IMG/VR virus record: IMGVR_UViG_3300030380_003294
Source of the DNA: a virus
Length of the DNA: 64,000 nucleotides
Direction: 5' to 3' (one strand)
This document shows, in pieces, positions 1 to 11,684 of this stretch (its first letter is position 1; every line of letters starts with the position of its first letter). The notes under the pieces were generated by a model. The model did not search any database, had not been told where the DNA came from, and worked only from the letters and a program-made list of their open reading frames with translations. The position numbers and the translations under genes are program-made.

Positions 1-3000
1 AATCGGTAGAGACGAAACTCAATGTTAATGTGTTTGATCCTGCAGTCCAAGATACAACTTCAGCAGTAGGAGCAGTAGCAGAGTTACCAGTGATTGTTTC
101 ACCAACTGTGAAGTCACCAGATGCACCACTCACAACCATTGTTGCAGTGGTCTTAGATGATACAATTCTATTTGAGATTACACCACCAGTATTAGATCCT
201 GCAGCAAATGTTCCAGTAATATCTTTAACCGTTAGGATAACTCCACCAGTAGTTACAGTTCTCTTGGCAATAGTACCTTGAGCAAGAGTAGTCTTCTGAT
301 AGATTCTAGCACCAACAGTGTATGGAAGTGTAGTAGAGTTAAGAACAAGATCAATCTCAGGAATAAATGTCTGAACTGGATCTGCTTGTAAGTTCAACTT
401 ACCACCATTACCAATATCAAGAGGAGCATTATTTAATGTCACGGTAGACAACCCAGAGGTATCAAACTCTGCTCTATTGACTTTAAACTTCAAGTCTTCA
501 TACTGGTCAGCAGTCCATGTAGATGCGTTCTGTGATTTAAACAGCACACCTGCATATGGTTGCTCAGAGATAGTTCTGTCACCAGTAATATCAATCTCAC
601 CCATTCTGGAAATCCAGATTTGATATTCATTAGAGTCAGAAAGAAGAACAAAACAATGTTCAATCGACTGTGGAATATAAACGGGTGCTTTGAATGTAAA
701 CTTAGTTGCAACAGCAGCAGTTTCAGATAACTGAATCTGAGATGGTTCTAAAGTTACATCAGAGAAAGGTAGGATACTTGTGGTAGGATATCCATTTTCC
801 ATGGTTCTAACCTGCATGGATACAGGAATGTTTGTATCTTTCTTGAAGAAGTATACTTCGACAGATGTCAAGAACACACCACCTTCTTCATCAGAAATAA
901 AGGATTGAGCGAGAGGGTCATACCAACCAATCTGTCTGGTTTCAGTTCTGATTGTATTGAAGTTTCTAGTCTGGTTAACAGTGTCACGAACAATTTCAGC
1001 ATTTCTAACAGCAAGAACGTTCTCACGAACTCTGTTCAATGTACCACTTGCTTCGTATTCTGCTTCAGCAGAAGATGCAACTGCACCTGCAAGACGTGAA
1101 TCGGTATCGGAAGTAGAAAGTCTGACAGTTCTAGTACCTGTTGCCCAACGGGGGTTAGTATCAACAGAAGCAGGAGGAATAAAGAATGATGCTTGCATCT
1201 TACCAAAACGGTCTGAAACAAGACGACGATCTTTAACAACTGCTCTAGCACCAGAATCAGCAACTAACACTTCACCAACTTGAATATTACCATAGAACTG
1301 ACCAACAGCATTAGATGCTAATGCATCGGTATCAATGTTCAAGTATGCAGTAGTAGAAGCATATGATGTTGCCATCACTGTATCATCATATGGATTGTTT
1401 ACATATAAATCATCAGGGTTTGCAACTCTCAATACACAACCACTATTCTGTCCTCTTACCGTTTCACCAGGAATGAAAGGTGTGGAGTTTGTACGGGCAT
1501 CAGTAGAAGGGTTCTTGATAAGTTCAATCAACTTAGGAGTGAAATAATCAGATACTTTCTTACCATCGAAGAAGGAATAGAAACGAGTTCTGGGTTTCAG
1601 TCTTTCAACATTAACCTTAACGTTTCTAGATCTAATCCAAGGAATAGCAGTAGAGGAAACAACACTATCACCAAGAGATTGTCTGTCAATTCTAGGAATA
1701 ACTCTGGAACGAATACCAGATCTAGTTTGTCTAGTGGTAGTAAGTAGAGTTTCTGTTCTATTAACACGACGCATACCACGACCACCCCAAACACCAGGAC
1801 TAGGAGATCTACCACGGTCCATCTCTAACCAGAAGGAGTTTCTAGTAACTCTAGATCCAATAGTTCTACTTGTAGTCCATTGATCTCTCCATGCGTTCCA
1901 CTGAATAGGAGCAAAACCATTCTGGTCAACTCTAAGTTCAGAGGATACTGCTTCAAAATCACCTTCAATCTGTGTAACTCTTTGAGGTAATCTTTGAGTT
2001 TCCAACCAGTCATCAGATGCAGGAGTTAGATCGATACGTCCAATATATGTGAATACGTTGAATGGGTTGATGTTCTCAACTCTAGAAGCATATGGTTGGT
2101 TGATGATAGTCAACTCAGCATATGGAAGAGTGATAATTGGTCCCGTCTTCTGATAATTACTAGATAATGTTGTATTGACTTCTAAAGGAACGTTAGTTGT
2201 ATAATGAGAGGAATGTAATTCTCCAGATGCAAAGTCTAATGAAGAAGCAAAGTCTTCATGTGAAGTTTCAGACTTACTGTGATCAGAGAAATCATCTACA
2301 ATGAATCCATTCTTTAATCTATCCTTTCCGTCAGCATCAATAATCTTAGTATTGAATGTGTCAGACTCAAGCATGTTGAGTGAAGTATAGTATTCAACTT
2401 GATCTAACCTACGTTCAATACCACCGATGTCACGCATGGTGTAACGTCTGTTATCTGATCTAGTGATGACAATATCAGTCTCAGGGTCAAAACCATATGG
2501 TTTATGAGACATGGTTGCTAGAAGCATACCATCTTTAAGATCGTCAGGTTCCTTAGGTAACTCAGAAGATTTACCTTTAATAAGTTGGAATTCACCTGCA
2601 GGTGTTAAGAATGCTTTATCAATTCTAGGTAAGAACCAGTCAAAATCACAACGGAAATCACTTTGAATCTTAGGAACATCAAAGATAGTAGCATTTGGTG
2701 TACCTGATACATTGAATACTCTTGACTTAAAGTCAAATGTAGAACAGTTAACAAAAGCAGGAGATGCTACTGTACCAGTACCACTATAAAGATTCTTACA
2801 ACCAGGTCTAAAGTCTAAGAAATCTGCAAGATAGGTTGTTTTAAAGAATGGAATATCGGTATATGCTGTATCAAGATATGATTGACCACCGAAGTAATCA
2901 CCAGTTGCAGAGTGTGTATAGTAATCAATCACCATCAGAACTTTTCTGATAGGAGTTGCTACACCTTTTTTACGAGTGATCTTAGAGATATCGTAAATGA

Positions 3001-5854
3001 AACCAGTCTGATTTACTTCTAAGAAATAATTGTCAGTGATAACTTTAGATCCTGCAATAACAGATCCAACACTGTCGTTAATGATTGCACTAATAGCAGT
3101 TCCATTACTGTCAAAACCATCAATGGTTTCACCTGACTGTAGTGTGCCACTAATATAAACAAGACTTAGTTTCAAAGTACCTGAGCTGAATGCAACAACT
3201 TTTGCTCTTGCTTTAGAAGTTCTACCAGTAACGATAGTGCCTGTAGCAAAGAAAGTAGGTTCAACCAGAGTTACAGAAGGAAGAACAGGATCATTGTCAT
3301 CATTAGACTCATATACAGCGTGTAATCTGTAGCAGTCTACAAGACCAAGAGATAGATCTCTGTCTTGAATTCTTGTTCCGTATAGATTTGAATATGTTAA
3401 ATTATAATTTTGCTTATCAAGATTTTCTACTGTCTTATTAACTTTAAGAACAAACATCTGTTGACCAGATTTTGTTTTTCTCTGAGTCACGTTCTTCGAG
3501 ATAGTTGCAGTAACTTTAATCGAAGTAATGTTAGTTAAGTTATCAATCTGAATAGTTGTCCTATCAGAACTGGTGAACGTGGTATAACCAACAGCACCAG
3601 AGTTGGTAGTATTGATAGTGATCTGATCACCGACAGGGTGAGTGCTATTTGAACCTGCAAGTACGGTGAAGGTATAGTTTGTATCTGAAATTGCTTGGAA
3701 CTGTTCATTCTCAGGGAGAGTAATAGAAATAGAGTTAGAAGCAACGGTCTGTGCGTCAAAAGTTCTTCTAACGATCATAGATTCGTCAGAAATACTCTTG
3801 ATATACTTCTTAGGCATCTCACTTAAGAGATTTGCATTCTCAATGTTATTCAACTTAGAACGCTGTCTAAGCAATGCGGTATAAGTTCCTGCAGAAGGAG
3901 CAGCACCACCAGGACCAGGAGTTACATTAACTGTTTGTGCAGCGTAATTAAAGATTGTGGAAACTTGAGAACCAGTTAGTGAAGTTGGATTAATTTTATC
4001 TACTTCAACATATTGAGTTCCATTAAAGAAGATTCTATCACCAGGTTTTAAATCTAAAGCAAAGTTTGATTGTGAACCAGTAATCTTTTCAGAACCACCT
4101 GATGCATCATAAGTGAATGTACTACCTTGAATAACTTGAATGTCACTTAAGATAATGTCAGAAGTAAATTCTGTAGCATTTGTACTTTCATCTCTAGAAA
4201 CAATCTGTCTAGTATCAGAGAATGAATAACCATGAACAACTTCGATAGTATCAACATTCAAATTATCAACGGTAACCATTTCACCAACAGTGAAAGAACC
4301 TTCAACTTGATAACATTTAATATGATCACTTCCACTAATTGCATCTACAAGATATGCTCTTGCACCAGAAGTTGCACCAACAAGAAGAGAACCCGCTGAA
4401 ATATTAACAGAGGATGCTAATTCTAAAACAGTAAACATCTGAATGTCAAACAAGTTGACATTGTAAGTATCATCAGCATCTCCAAAGGTTGTATTATCAC
4501 CATCAGAAGTATGCTCAATCGCAGCAAGTCTTGCAAAACCAATAATGTTACCTGATTGCTGTCCTGGAGTTGCTGTATAAGTATCCCTTAATTCAATAGT
4601 TTGATATGCATTGGCAAGAGATGAACCTGTAGCATTAGGGAAACCGTGAATATTATTGACAATAACATTATTACCCATCTCAAATGGAATAATAGTGTTC
4701 TGTGCTGAGTTAGTCTCTCTTGGTTTTTCTAAGTCAACGTATGTTGGAGATAGAGTCTTAACTCTGTATCCTCTAACATATGCAGTTCCTGGACCAAACT
4801 CAATAGAATATAATCTTTCTGCTGCAACATTACCTTGAGCAGTTGTAGATCCAGATTCATATACACCATTGTTAAAACCATCATCAAGATTTTCTCTAGC
4901 AGTAATCTTGAAATCTTTAACAACATAGTCACCAGATTCCTCAAAGGTTCTGGTTGCCATAGATCTTTCTAATTCATCATATGCACTTCTATCAACAAGT
5001 TTCTCAACTTTACTATTATTGATTCTTAATAGTTCTAAGAAATCTTTATCAGCGTCATCAGTTAGAAGTTTCTTAACTAATCTTGTGGTGATTCTAAATC
5101 TATGAGAACCAGGAGCAGCATAGTTACTTGTTCCAGCAGCGTTATCATTGAGACTAAGGTCATCCTCTGGAGTAATAATGGATTCTTGAATATCAAGTCC
5201 GATACGATAGGAGGGGTTGCTTCCATACTGATCTAATAGTAAGTATTGGTATTGTACGTCAACAAAGAATCCTCTGATGAAGTATACACCTTCTTGAATA
5301 TATGCTACTGAACCTTGTTGTAATGCAGCAGTAGGAAGTAATTGAGCGAAGGGAGAACCAACCTCAATCAAAGTTGTACCGAACGTAATCTCAGTATCAG
5401 TGATTAACTGTTCATTATTTGAAAATGTCTGTTGAGTATTTTGTGTTCCACCAGATTCAATATATTTAATGTAGAGTGTAATATAACCTTTCGATGAATC
5501 TGCAGAAGAGATACTGAATAATACTTTTGCCTTTACACCAGAAGTAAGACCCTCAATGATCTTTCCATTCAGTTGAGTTCTATACAACTCAACATCAGCA
5601 CCCAAGAATGATTCTTGTAACTGGATAGCGTCTACGTTTAGATCATAACCGACTTGACCAGGGATAACCATGGATCCATCTTTGAAAAGATGCGAACCTA
5701 CGTTCTCTACCTGATTCTGCATAATAGACTGCAGAGTCGTTAGTTCTCGTGCTTGGATTGGGAACCCAGGACGAAATAGCACTCGATAAAAGTTTTTCGT
5801 TTTATCGAAATCGTCGTAGTATGGGGTGACGTTTAGATTGGTGTTTTGTGCCAT
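1..5854 (-). CDS. Large virion structural protein, VrlC/DUF4815-like (3' end runs off the window)
   Basis: ATG at 5854 overlaps the gp8 stop (TAATG). It translates MAQNTNLNVTPYYDDFDKTKNFYRVLFRPGFPIQARELTTLQSIMQNQVE, the typical N-terminus of this cyanophage family. It is missing from the ORF track, consistent with no stop before the window edge. Confidence 0.85.
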   Translation of the reverse strand, partial: MAQNTNLNVTPYYDDFDKTKNFYRVLFRPGFPIQARELTTLQSIMQNQVENVGSHLFKDGSMVIPGQVGYDLNVDAIQLQESFLGADVELYRTQLNGKIIEGLTSGVKAKVLFSISSADSSKGYITLYIKYIESGGTQNTQQTFSNNEQLITDTEITFGTTLIEVGSPFAQLLPTAALQQGSVAYIQEGVYFIRGFFVDVQYQYLLLDQYGSNPSYRIGLDIQESIITPEDDLSLNDNAAGTSNYAAPGSHRFRITTRLVKKLLTDDADKDFLELLRINNSKVEKLVDRSAYDELERSMATRTFEESGDYVVKDFKITARENLDDGFNNGVYESGSTTAQGNVAAERLYSIEFGPGTAYVRGYRVKTLSPTYVDLEKPRETNSAQNTIIPFEMGNNVIVNNIHGFPNATGSSLANAYQTIELRDTYTATPGQQSGNIIGFARLAAIEHTSDGDNTTFGDADDTYNVNLFDIQMFTVLELASSVNISAGSLLVGATSGARAYLVDAISGSDHIKCYQVEGSFTVGEMVTVDNLNVDTIEVVHGYSFSDTRQIVSRDESTNATEFTSDIILSDIQVIQGSTFTYDASGGSEKITGSQSNFALDLKPGDRIFFNGTQYVEVDKINPTSLTGSQVSTIFNYAAQTVNVTPGPGGAAPSAGTYTALLRQRSKLNNIENANLLSEMPKKYIKSISDESMIVRRTFDAQTVASNSISITLPENEQFQAISDTNYTFTVLAGSNSTHPVGDQITINTTNSGAVGYTTFTSSDRTTIQIDNLTNITSIKVTATISKNVTQRKTKSGQQMFVLKVNKTVENLDKQNYNLTYSNLYGTRIQDRDLSLGLVDCYRLHAVYESNDDNDPVLPSVTLVEPTFFATGTIVTGRTSKARAKVVAFSSGTLKLSLVYISGTLQSGETIDGFDSNGTAISAIINDSVGSVIAGSKVITDNYFLEVNQTGFIYDISKITRKKGVATPIRKVLMVIDYYTHSATGDYFGGQSYLDTAYTDIPFFKTTYLADFLDFRPGCKNLYSGTGTVASPAFVNCSTFDFKSRVFNVSGTPNATIFDVPKIQSDFRCDFDWFLPRIDKAFLTPAGEFQLIKGKSSELPKEPDDLKDGMLLATMSHKPYGFDPETDIVITRSDNRRYTMRDIGGIERRLDQVEYYTSLNMLESDTFNTKIIDADGKDRLKNGFIVDDFSDHSKSETSHEDFASSLDFASGELHSSHYTTNVPLEVNTTLSSNYQKTGPIITLPYAELTIINQPYASRVENINPFNVFTYIGRIDLTPASDDWLETQRLPQRVTQIEGDFEAVSSELRVDQNGFAPIQWNAWRDQWTTSRTIGSRVTRNSFWLEMDRGRSPSPGVWGGRGMRRVNRTETLLTTTRQTRSGIRSRVIPRIDRQSLGDSVVSSTAIPWIRSRNVKVNVERLKPRTRFYSFFDGKKVSDYFTPKLIELIKNPSTDARTNSTPFIPGETVRGQNSGCVLRVANPDDLYVNNPYDDTVMATSYASTTAYLNIDTDALASNAVGQFYGNIQVGEVLVADSGARAVVKDRRLVSDRFGKMQASFFIPPASVDTNPRWATGTRTVRLSTSDTDSRLAGAVASSAEAEYEASGTLNRVRENVLAVRNAEIVRDTVNQTRNFNTIRTETRQIGWYDPLAQSFISDEEGGVFLTSVEVYFFKKDTNIPVSMQVRTMENGYPTTSILPFSDVTLEPSQIQLSETAAVATKFTFKAPVYIPQSIEHCFVLLSDSNEYQIWISRMGEIDITGDRTISEQPYAGVLFKSQNASTWTADQYEDLKFKVNRAEFDTSGLSTVTLNNAPLDIGNGGKLNLQADPVQTFIPEIDLVLNSTTLPYTVGARIYQKTTLAQGTIAKRTVTTGGVILTVKDITGTFAAGSNTGGVISNRIVSSKTTATMVVSGASGDFTVGETITGNSATAPTAEVVSWTAGSNTLTLSFVSTD

Positions 5855-7386
5855 TAGAACTCGATTACGATTTTGATGTCTTCTACTTGGTCGTTAGCAC
5901 GACTAATTGATCTCCTATTATCTATGTACACAACCTGACCAGTGTTTGAAGCAACTTCGGGTTTTGCATAACCGTTGTTGAACTTCATACCCAGATCATA
6001 TTCTGTGTTGTTGATAGTTCTAGAAGATGAGTTGGGAACAGCAGGGAAGTTGACGTCGGGTTGTCCTGCAGCACCAGAGGTTGCACCACTGATTACGTTA
6101 GAACCGTCAAACTCATTCTGTGTACCAGTAACTTCTGGGAAGATACCGTCAACTGCGTTCTGATAATACTTCAGAAGTTTAGTTGTAGCATTCCAAGAAA
6201 TCACTCTTCCACGAGCAGTAACGTTGGTTCCACCAACAACTCGTGTTTGTGTGATGATCTCATCAGGAACGTAGTTACCTTGGAATGTAGGAGCGAAGAT
6301 AACTGCTTTAGCAGCAGAAATCGTCAAGTCAGAGATAAGTTCCGATGTACCAAATTTAAGTGGGTTTGTGATAAGACCGATACGACGATAGTCATTATCA
6401 ACAGGGAAGTCACCCGCACCCTCATCGTATGAGAGTTTAGCGTTAATCATAACCCTAAAGGCACCGATTTCTGTAACAGCATCTGCACCATGCCCACCAG
6501 GAGGAGGCAAGATAACGTCAACTTGTCCACCAGTACCAGTACCGATACCAGTGATATTATCAATGGTGATTTTACCGAATGTATATCCAGTACCACCAGA
6601 TGTCACCGTGGCAGAGATAACTTTACCACCGTCAACAACAATAGAAACACGACCACCAGTTCCGTCACCGTTGATCGCTACGTTATCGTATGTTCCGTTG
6701 TTGTAACCAGAACCTGCAGCATTAATAACAACAGTATCGACTTCACCTGCAACTGCGTTGGTTTGGACTGCAGCGTTTGTGAAGACAGGCATGTAGTCGT
6801 TAGAGAAGAATTTAAGAACACTAGCAACGGGGATAGTGTACATATACTTCCAACGATAACCATCACCTGTTGTAATGATACTAGTGCTAGTGCCAGTAGG
6901 CTCAACTGTACTAGGTTTACCATTTGGATCTGAAGGAGATGTACCATTGTAGATACATTTGTATACTTGATACTGAGAGTTTACAACGTAAAAATCAGAA
7001 TCATAGAGTTTAGTAGCACCAGATGCAGCAGTCTTTGATGGGGAATAGTCATGACGATACATGTCATAAGTAAAACCCAATCCACCAGTAGTTTGTTCTG
7101 GAGAAACCCAGTCAATTCTACGACAAACTTGAACGGTATCTGAAGCGAGGACACGTTTCATCGACACCATGTCGTCATAAGAACCAGAAAACTCTGAGAA
7201 AGAGTCCACTGCCTGAGGCGGTGAGTTCTCATTATCCCAAGGTTGCGGTCTTCCAATAAACAAATACAAACGATCTCTCGTTGCACCTGCTACATCGTCA
7301 CTCTGGGTCGAATCAGGACCTTCGAGTGCCTTGATGAACTTTTTCGCAGAAAATATTCTAAACTGATCAGTAAGTAGGGCTGCCAT
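5854..7386 (-). CDS. gp8: Baseplate wedge subunit, T4 gp8-like
   Basis: 510 aa with gp8-type motifs LYLFIGRPQPW, YDMYRHDYS, FYVVNSQYQVYKC and DGYRWKYMYTI, and C-terminal EDIKIVIEF. Confidence 0.9.
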   Translation of the reverse strand: MAALLTDQFRIFSAKKFIKALEGPDSTQSDDVAGATRDRLYLFIGRPQPWDNENSPPQAVDSFSEFSGSYDDMVSMKRVLASDTVQVCRRIDWVSPEQTTGGLGFTYDMYRHDYSPSKTAASGATKLYDSDFYVVNSQYQVYKCIYNGTSPSDPNGKPSTVEPTGTSTSIITTGDGYRWKYMYTIPVASVLKFFSNDYMPVFTNAAVQTNAVAGEVDTVVINAAGSGYNNGTYDNVAINGDGTGGRVSIVVDGGKVISATVTSGGTGYTFGKITIDNITGIGTGTGGQVDVILPPPGGHGADAVTEIGAFRVMINAKLSYDEGAGDFPVDNDYRRIGLITNPLKFGTSELISDLTISAAKAVIFAPTFQGNYVPDEIITQTRVVGGTNVTARGRVISWNATTKLLKYYQNAVDGIFPEVTGTQNEFDGSNVISGATSGAAGQPDVNFPAVPNSSSRTINNTEYDLGMKFNNGYAKPEVASNTGQVVYIDNRRSISRANDQVEDIKIVIEF

Positions 7387-7412
7387 TTGCTAGGTACTAT
7401 TGTCCTCCTGTT

Positions 7413-7419
7413 TATTTAT
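7413..7419 (-). promoter_or_regulatory. T4-type late promoter (ATAAATA)
   Basis: Plus-strand tatttat lies just upstream of the gp8 RBS (AGGAGG). Confidence 0.65.
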
Positions 7420-7424
7420 CGTAG

Positions 7425-10400
7425 TTACGAACGAACAACTGTAGAATACTCAATACCCTTAATTCTATAAGAGGCACCGCCATTTCCAGTAAGGTTCTCG
7501 CCACCCAACACTGCTTGTGCTGCAGCGTTTGCACCTGTAGTATCACCACTCGCATTTGTAAATGTTACAGTTGGGTGAAGATTGTAGGTGCCATCTACCG
7601 TTTGAGGGATTCCATACCCTCCATTATTAATGGTGATTGATGCAACTTGGTCTCCTGCAGTTGTCATTACAACAGTACCAGTTGCTTGAATATCACCAGT
7701 ATTCTCGATTGCTATTGTTGGGACTCCAGTATAGTTTGTTCCTGGATTTGCAATAATAAAGTCAATAATAGTGTTCTTAGAAGAAAACTCATATAACAAT
7801 CCACCGATACCAACGTTAACATTACCTGTATTATAAGGTATGATGTCCTTAACAACTAAGAGACCAGTTGCAGGTGTCCAAGATACAACCGTACCTCTGA
7901 CTCCAGATATTGATCCAGTCACAACCTCATTAACACTAAAGTTTTGACTGTTACCTGATGGAACATCTAATGTGATATTTAGGATAGCAGGATGTGATAC
8001 ACCATCAGAGAGTCCACCTGCCTCAATAACAGTTGCATACTTGAATGGAATATCAGCGTCTTTAATGCTGTCACCAACTTGGAATAGAGTTGTGTTAGTA
8101 CCACCTTGTGTCTCTTCAATACCATAAAGTGAACTAAAGATTCCACCATCAAGACTAATTTGATTTTCAAAATCAGTAGAAGTGTTCACCAGATCAGGAA
8201 TACCATCTCCTGCACCTGCATTTTCAGCAATATCTTGGAAATCTTTGTCTTGTATTGATCCAATAGGAATTGTAAATGTTGTGATGGTAGATCCTGTAGC
8301 ATCAATAACAACGTGTGGCAATACACCAGAACCAGAAGATGCTGCAACACCTGCATCAAATTGAACAATAGCATCTTCTGTAGATGGTCTACCACCATCA
8401 ATAAATGCTAGTTCATCAACTTCAAACGTTACAAGTAATTCTCTTGTGGAAGGATCATAATCATATACTTTTGCAACTTTATTACTTGCATTTTCAACAC
8501 GACGTATAACTCTGTCACCAACGTTAAATTTATAATTTGATAATCCTGTAGCAGTATTGTTCTGTGCTGTATCTAGTACAACTCTCTGATCATAATTAAA
8601 GTTTACACCACGAGTTAGACCAGTAAATCTTCCTGCACTCTTACTAGTATATGCAATGGTTTCTTTGTTGACAATGATTTGACCAGATCCAGGATATGCA
8701 TCTGTAGAGTCAACATAGATATTTGCATCATTTGCACCAACATCTTTTACAAGACCAGTTAAGTAGATTGCACTAGAGTTAAATGCCTGTCTTGCTCTAG
8801 TCTTACGCTTAAGATTTACAAGTTTGGTGAAGATAATGTTTGGTACAGAAGTATATCCTTCACCTGGATCTGTAATTGTAATACCTGTAACAGCACCTTG
8901 AGAAATTTGTGCTGTTGCTTTAGCACCAATACCTCCACCACCAGTGATAAGAACAAATGGTTCTTCTTGATAGAACTCACCTGGGTCTACAATATTGACA
9001 GATGTAACCTTACCAAGAGTGTCAATCTCAGCAGCACCTTGTGCACCTTGTCCACCACCACCTTCAAAGATGAGTGTTGGAGGAGATGCATAACTTCTAC
9101 CTTGATTAAGTAGAGATAGACCAGTAACTGTTTGAACAACAGGACTACCTACTGCACCAGTTCCTTGTCCTCCTAAAATTTTTGCTTTTGCAGGTCCAAA
9201 ATAATTATCACCCTTTCTAGTCATCTTGATATAAGAGACTGATCCGTTATCTGCTAGTACAACATCTCCAGTTGCTAACGTTGGGAAAGTATTAGGTTGT
9301 GCAGGAACGGGATCACCTTCAAACAGTGGTGCACCATAATACCTTGGACCGATGATGTATGGGAATGCAGGATTCCCACTACCATCTTCAGACATAAAGT
9401 AAGCGTAAGTTCCATTGGGATACTCTGGAGTTACGCCAAACTTTCCATTATATTCATCTAAAGTTCCGACAGATGCATCGTAAATGTAATCTGATGTAAG
9501 ATCACCCAAGATGTAACCGTCATTAACTAATCTGAGTCCATACCCAGAGTTGATATAAGAAAAGAGATACAATACTCCAGGTGAATCAACTGGGACTGTA
9601 AATCTTACTTCACGAGTTGTTGCTAATTCAAACCCAGAAAGATATTGCTGATAAGTAACACTCGATCCATCAATCCAGTACGAGATACCATTTCCAGAGT
9701 AAAGAACTGAAGCGTCACCAGTAATAACAGGATTATTAGAGTGCCAACCGTCCGTCTGCGTAGAAATGAGTATATGGTTTGAACCGTCATTGGTTGAGTC
9801 ATTTTGATTAAAAATGTAAGTTTTTCCTCTATACAGATTCAGAAACTCAGGTGATGAACCATTGAATGCAAACTTACCATTAGCAACAGTAACATTATAA
9901 GTTACCGTGCTTGCGGTGTTCACGATGGGTCTTGCACCTTGAAGTTCTGCAGTATTCCTTAAACGGTAACTAGAGGTTTCCCTAGCAACAGCACCCGAAC
10001 TGTTGTAACCATATGGTCCGTAGATCGGGTATCCGTCAAAGGACATACCAACAATTTTACTGTGACCATCTACATGTCTTGAATAATCAATATTTCCACC
10101 TGCCTCTGTGCCGAAGTGATCTTCGACATAGTAGGTATTCATGTTTTCTTCTTCCTCTTCCTCCTCAGCAGTGGTATCGAGGATCATATAACCTTCGTCA
10201 CCTGCATAACCAGACATGTATTGATGATAAGGACAATGATAATAAATCCTTTGTGTCTCATCACCATTCATGATGAAGATTGGTTGGAAATTCTGTTCGT
10301 AATCTGCAGCATACGCCCCAGATGCACCTGTACTATTGTAATATAACGTTCCATTAGGATCTCTGAGATTACCATCAGGAGTGGTGCTGAATCTCATTGG

Positions 10401-11681
10401 GTGTCCTTGTGTATGGACACTTGTTGGTTGGTTAGTTGCCCAATAAGGATTGATTAATACATTTGCAGGGTTTCTAAATTCACTTTGAACCCAAATGATT
10501 AGATAATTCTTTTGTACTTTGATACCCTCTGGAGCAAAGTAGAAAACACCTGGGGTAAAGTTACCAAACTCGTGTGCATCAGGACCAAATTCAATATAGA
10601 AAATACCACCAGGGAATTTAATAGGATCAGCAGATACTCTAAATTTGAATCCATTAGAACCCAAACAAAGATCACCATTTGAAAAATCATCACCAGTAAC
10701 TTGTCTGAGGTAAATTCTTGTAATTATTCCTGCATTATTTCTTACAATTTTTGCAATCTCACCACGTCCAGTTCCAGATATTTCATCTACAATTCTTCCA
10801 ACTTCTATAGTTCCCAAAGTTTCATCAACATTATCAACAGTGAGCATGATATTGTCAAACTCGGATTTAATACTCCAGTAGAATACTTCCTGCAATCCAA
10901 ACTGGAATACACCATTTGTTAATGCAAACTCATCAATCGTTTTACTAGTGTGATAGTAGTAAATTTGATTATCAATAAACGCATCATATGCATTATTACC
11001 CTTAACATAATCATACTTGACCACATCAATAGGGAAGTTTACTGGAGCATTACCAGTAAGACCCCAATCAGGAGTGTGTATGAGACCACCATTTGCTAAT
11101 ATACCAAGTGTCCTATTAGATGATAATCCTCTAGTTCCTGGATTTGGAACATCTTTACCACCTCTATAAACAAATGTTTGATCAAAATTTCTATCGATAA
11201 TAACATCCGACCCACCAGGTTTTCTCTCATCCAAATAAAGTTGAGATGGTTTTGGTGTATTATCAGATACTATTCTAAGTCTGTCAGTTTTTGTAGTTCC
11301 ATTTAATACAAATGATCCTTTAGTTACAGCATTTTGTATTACATCTAATTGACTTGGATATGATTGCCAAATTCTATTGATATCAAATGAATCTACTACG
11401 TTTGGTGTTTCTTGCTCAGGAATGATCTGCAAACGTAACGGATCGTATCCTCTTCCTCTGTTTAAAACTCTGACGTGTGTGATTCTACCAGAATCAGTAT
11501 CAATAATTGGATATAATAATGCTGCCACATCTGGTGTGCCACAACCAGTGATTGTTAAACGTGGAGGATCTGCAGGATCATACCCTGATCCTCCGTTTAA
11601 AACTTTTACTGCACGAACACCGAATACCTCATCAAAGATGGGTTCGATACTTGCACCTGTTCCTGGGACAGTCCTTGCCAT
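7425..11681 (-). CDS. Virion structural protein with YHYH-like domain, cupredoxin-like domain and Gly-rich repeats
   Basis: 1418 aa. Contains HSKIVGMSFDGYPIYGPYGY...LDEYNGKFGVTPEYPNGTYAYF (YHYH-like), HPMRF...YYHCPYHQYM, and repeated GxGYxxxP units. Confidence 0.8.
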   Translation of the reverse strand: MARTVPGTGASIEPIFDEVFGVRAVKVLNGGSGYDPADPPRLTITGCGTPDVAALLYPIIDTDSGRITHVRVLNRGRGYDPLRLQIIPEQETPNVVDSFDINRIWQSYPSQLDVIQNAVTKGSFVLNGTTKTDRLRIVSDNTPKPSQLYLDERKPGGSDVIIDRNFDQTFVYRGGKDVPNPGTRGLSSNRTLGILANGGLIHTPDWGLTGNAPVNFPIDVVKYDYVKGNNAYDAFIDNQIYYYHTSKTIDEFALTNGVFQFGLQEVFYWSIKSEFDNIMLTVDNVDETLGTIEVGRIVDEISGTGRGEIAKIVRNNAGIITRIYLRQVTGDDFSNGDLCLGSNGFKFRVSADPIKFPGGIFYIEFGPDAHEFGNFTPGVFYFAPEGIKVQKNYLIIWVQSEFRNPANVLINPYWATNQPTSVHTQGHPMRFSTTPDGNLRDPNGTLYYNSTGASGAYAADYEQNFQPIFIMNGDETQRIYYHCPYHQYMSGYAGDEGYMILDTTAEEEEEEENMNTYYVEDHFGTEAGGNIDYSRHVDGHSKIVGMSFDGYPIYGPYGYNSSGAVARETSSYRLRNTAELQGARPIVNTASTVTYNVTVANGKFAFNGSSPEFLNLYRGKTYIFNQNDSTNDGSNHILISTQTDGWHSNNPVITGDASVLYSGNGISYWIDGSSVTYQQYLSGFELATTREVRFTVPVDSPGVLYLFSYINSGYGLRLVNDGYILGDLTSDYIYDASVGTLDEYNGKFGVTPEYPNGTYAYFMSEDGSGNPAFPYIIGPRYYGAPLFEGDPVPAQPNTFPTLATGDVVLADNGSVSYIKMTRKGDNYFGPAKAKILGGQGTGAVGSPVVQTVTGLSLLNQGRSYASPPTLIFEGGGGQGAQGAAEIDTLGKVTSVNIVDPGEFYQEEPFVLITGGGGIGAKATAQISQGAVTGITITDPGEGYTSVPNIIFTKLVNLKRKTRARQAFNSSAIYLTGLVKDVGANDANIYVDSTDAYPGSGQIIVNKETIAYTSKSAGRFTGLTRGVNFNYDQRVVLDTAQNNTATGLSNYKFNVGDRVIRRVENASNKVAKVYDYDPSTRELLVTFEVDELAFIDGGRPSTEDAIVQFDAGVAASSGSGVLPHVVIDATGSTITTFTIPIGSIQDKDFQDIAENAGAGDGIPDLVNTSTDFENQISLDGGIFSSLYGIEETQGGTNTTLFQVGDSIKDADIPFKYATVIEAGGLSDGVSHPAILNITLDVPSGNSQNFSVNEVVTGSISGVRGTVVSWTPATGLLVVKDIIPYNTGNVNVGIGGLLYEFSSKNTIIDFIIANPGTNYTGVPTIAIENTGDIQATGTVVMTTAGDQVASITINNGGYGIPQTVDGTYNLHPTVTFTNASGDTTGANAAAQAVLGGENLTGNGGASYRIKGIEYSTVVRS

Positions 11682-11684
11682 TTA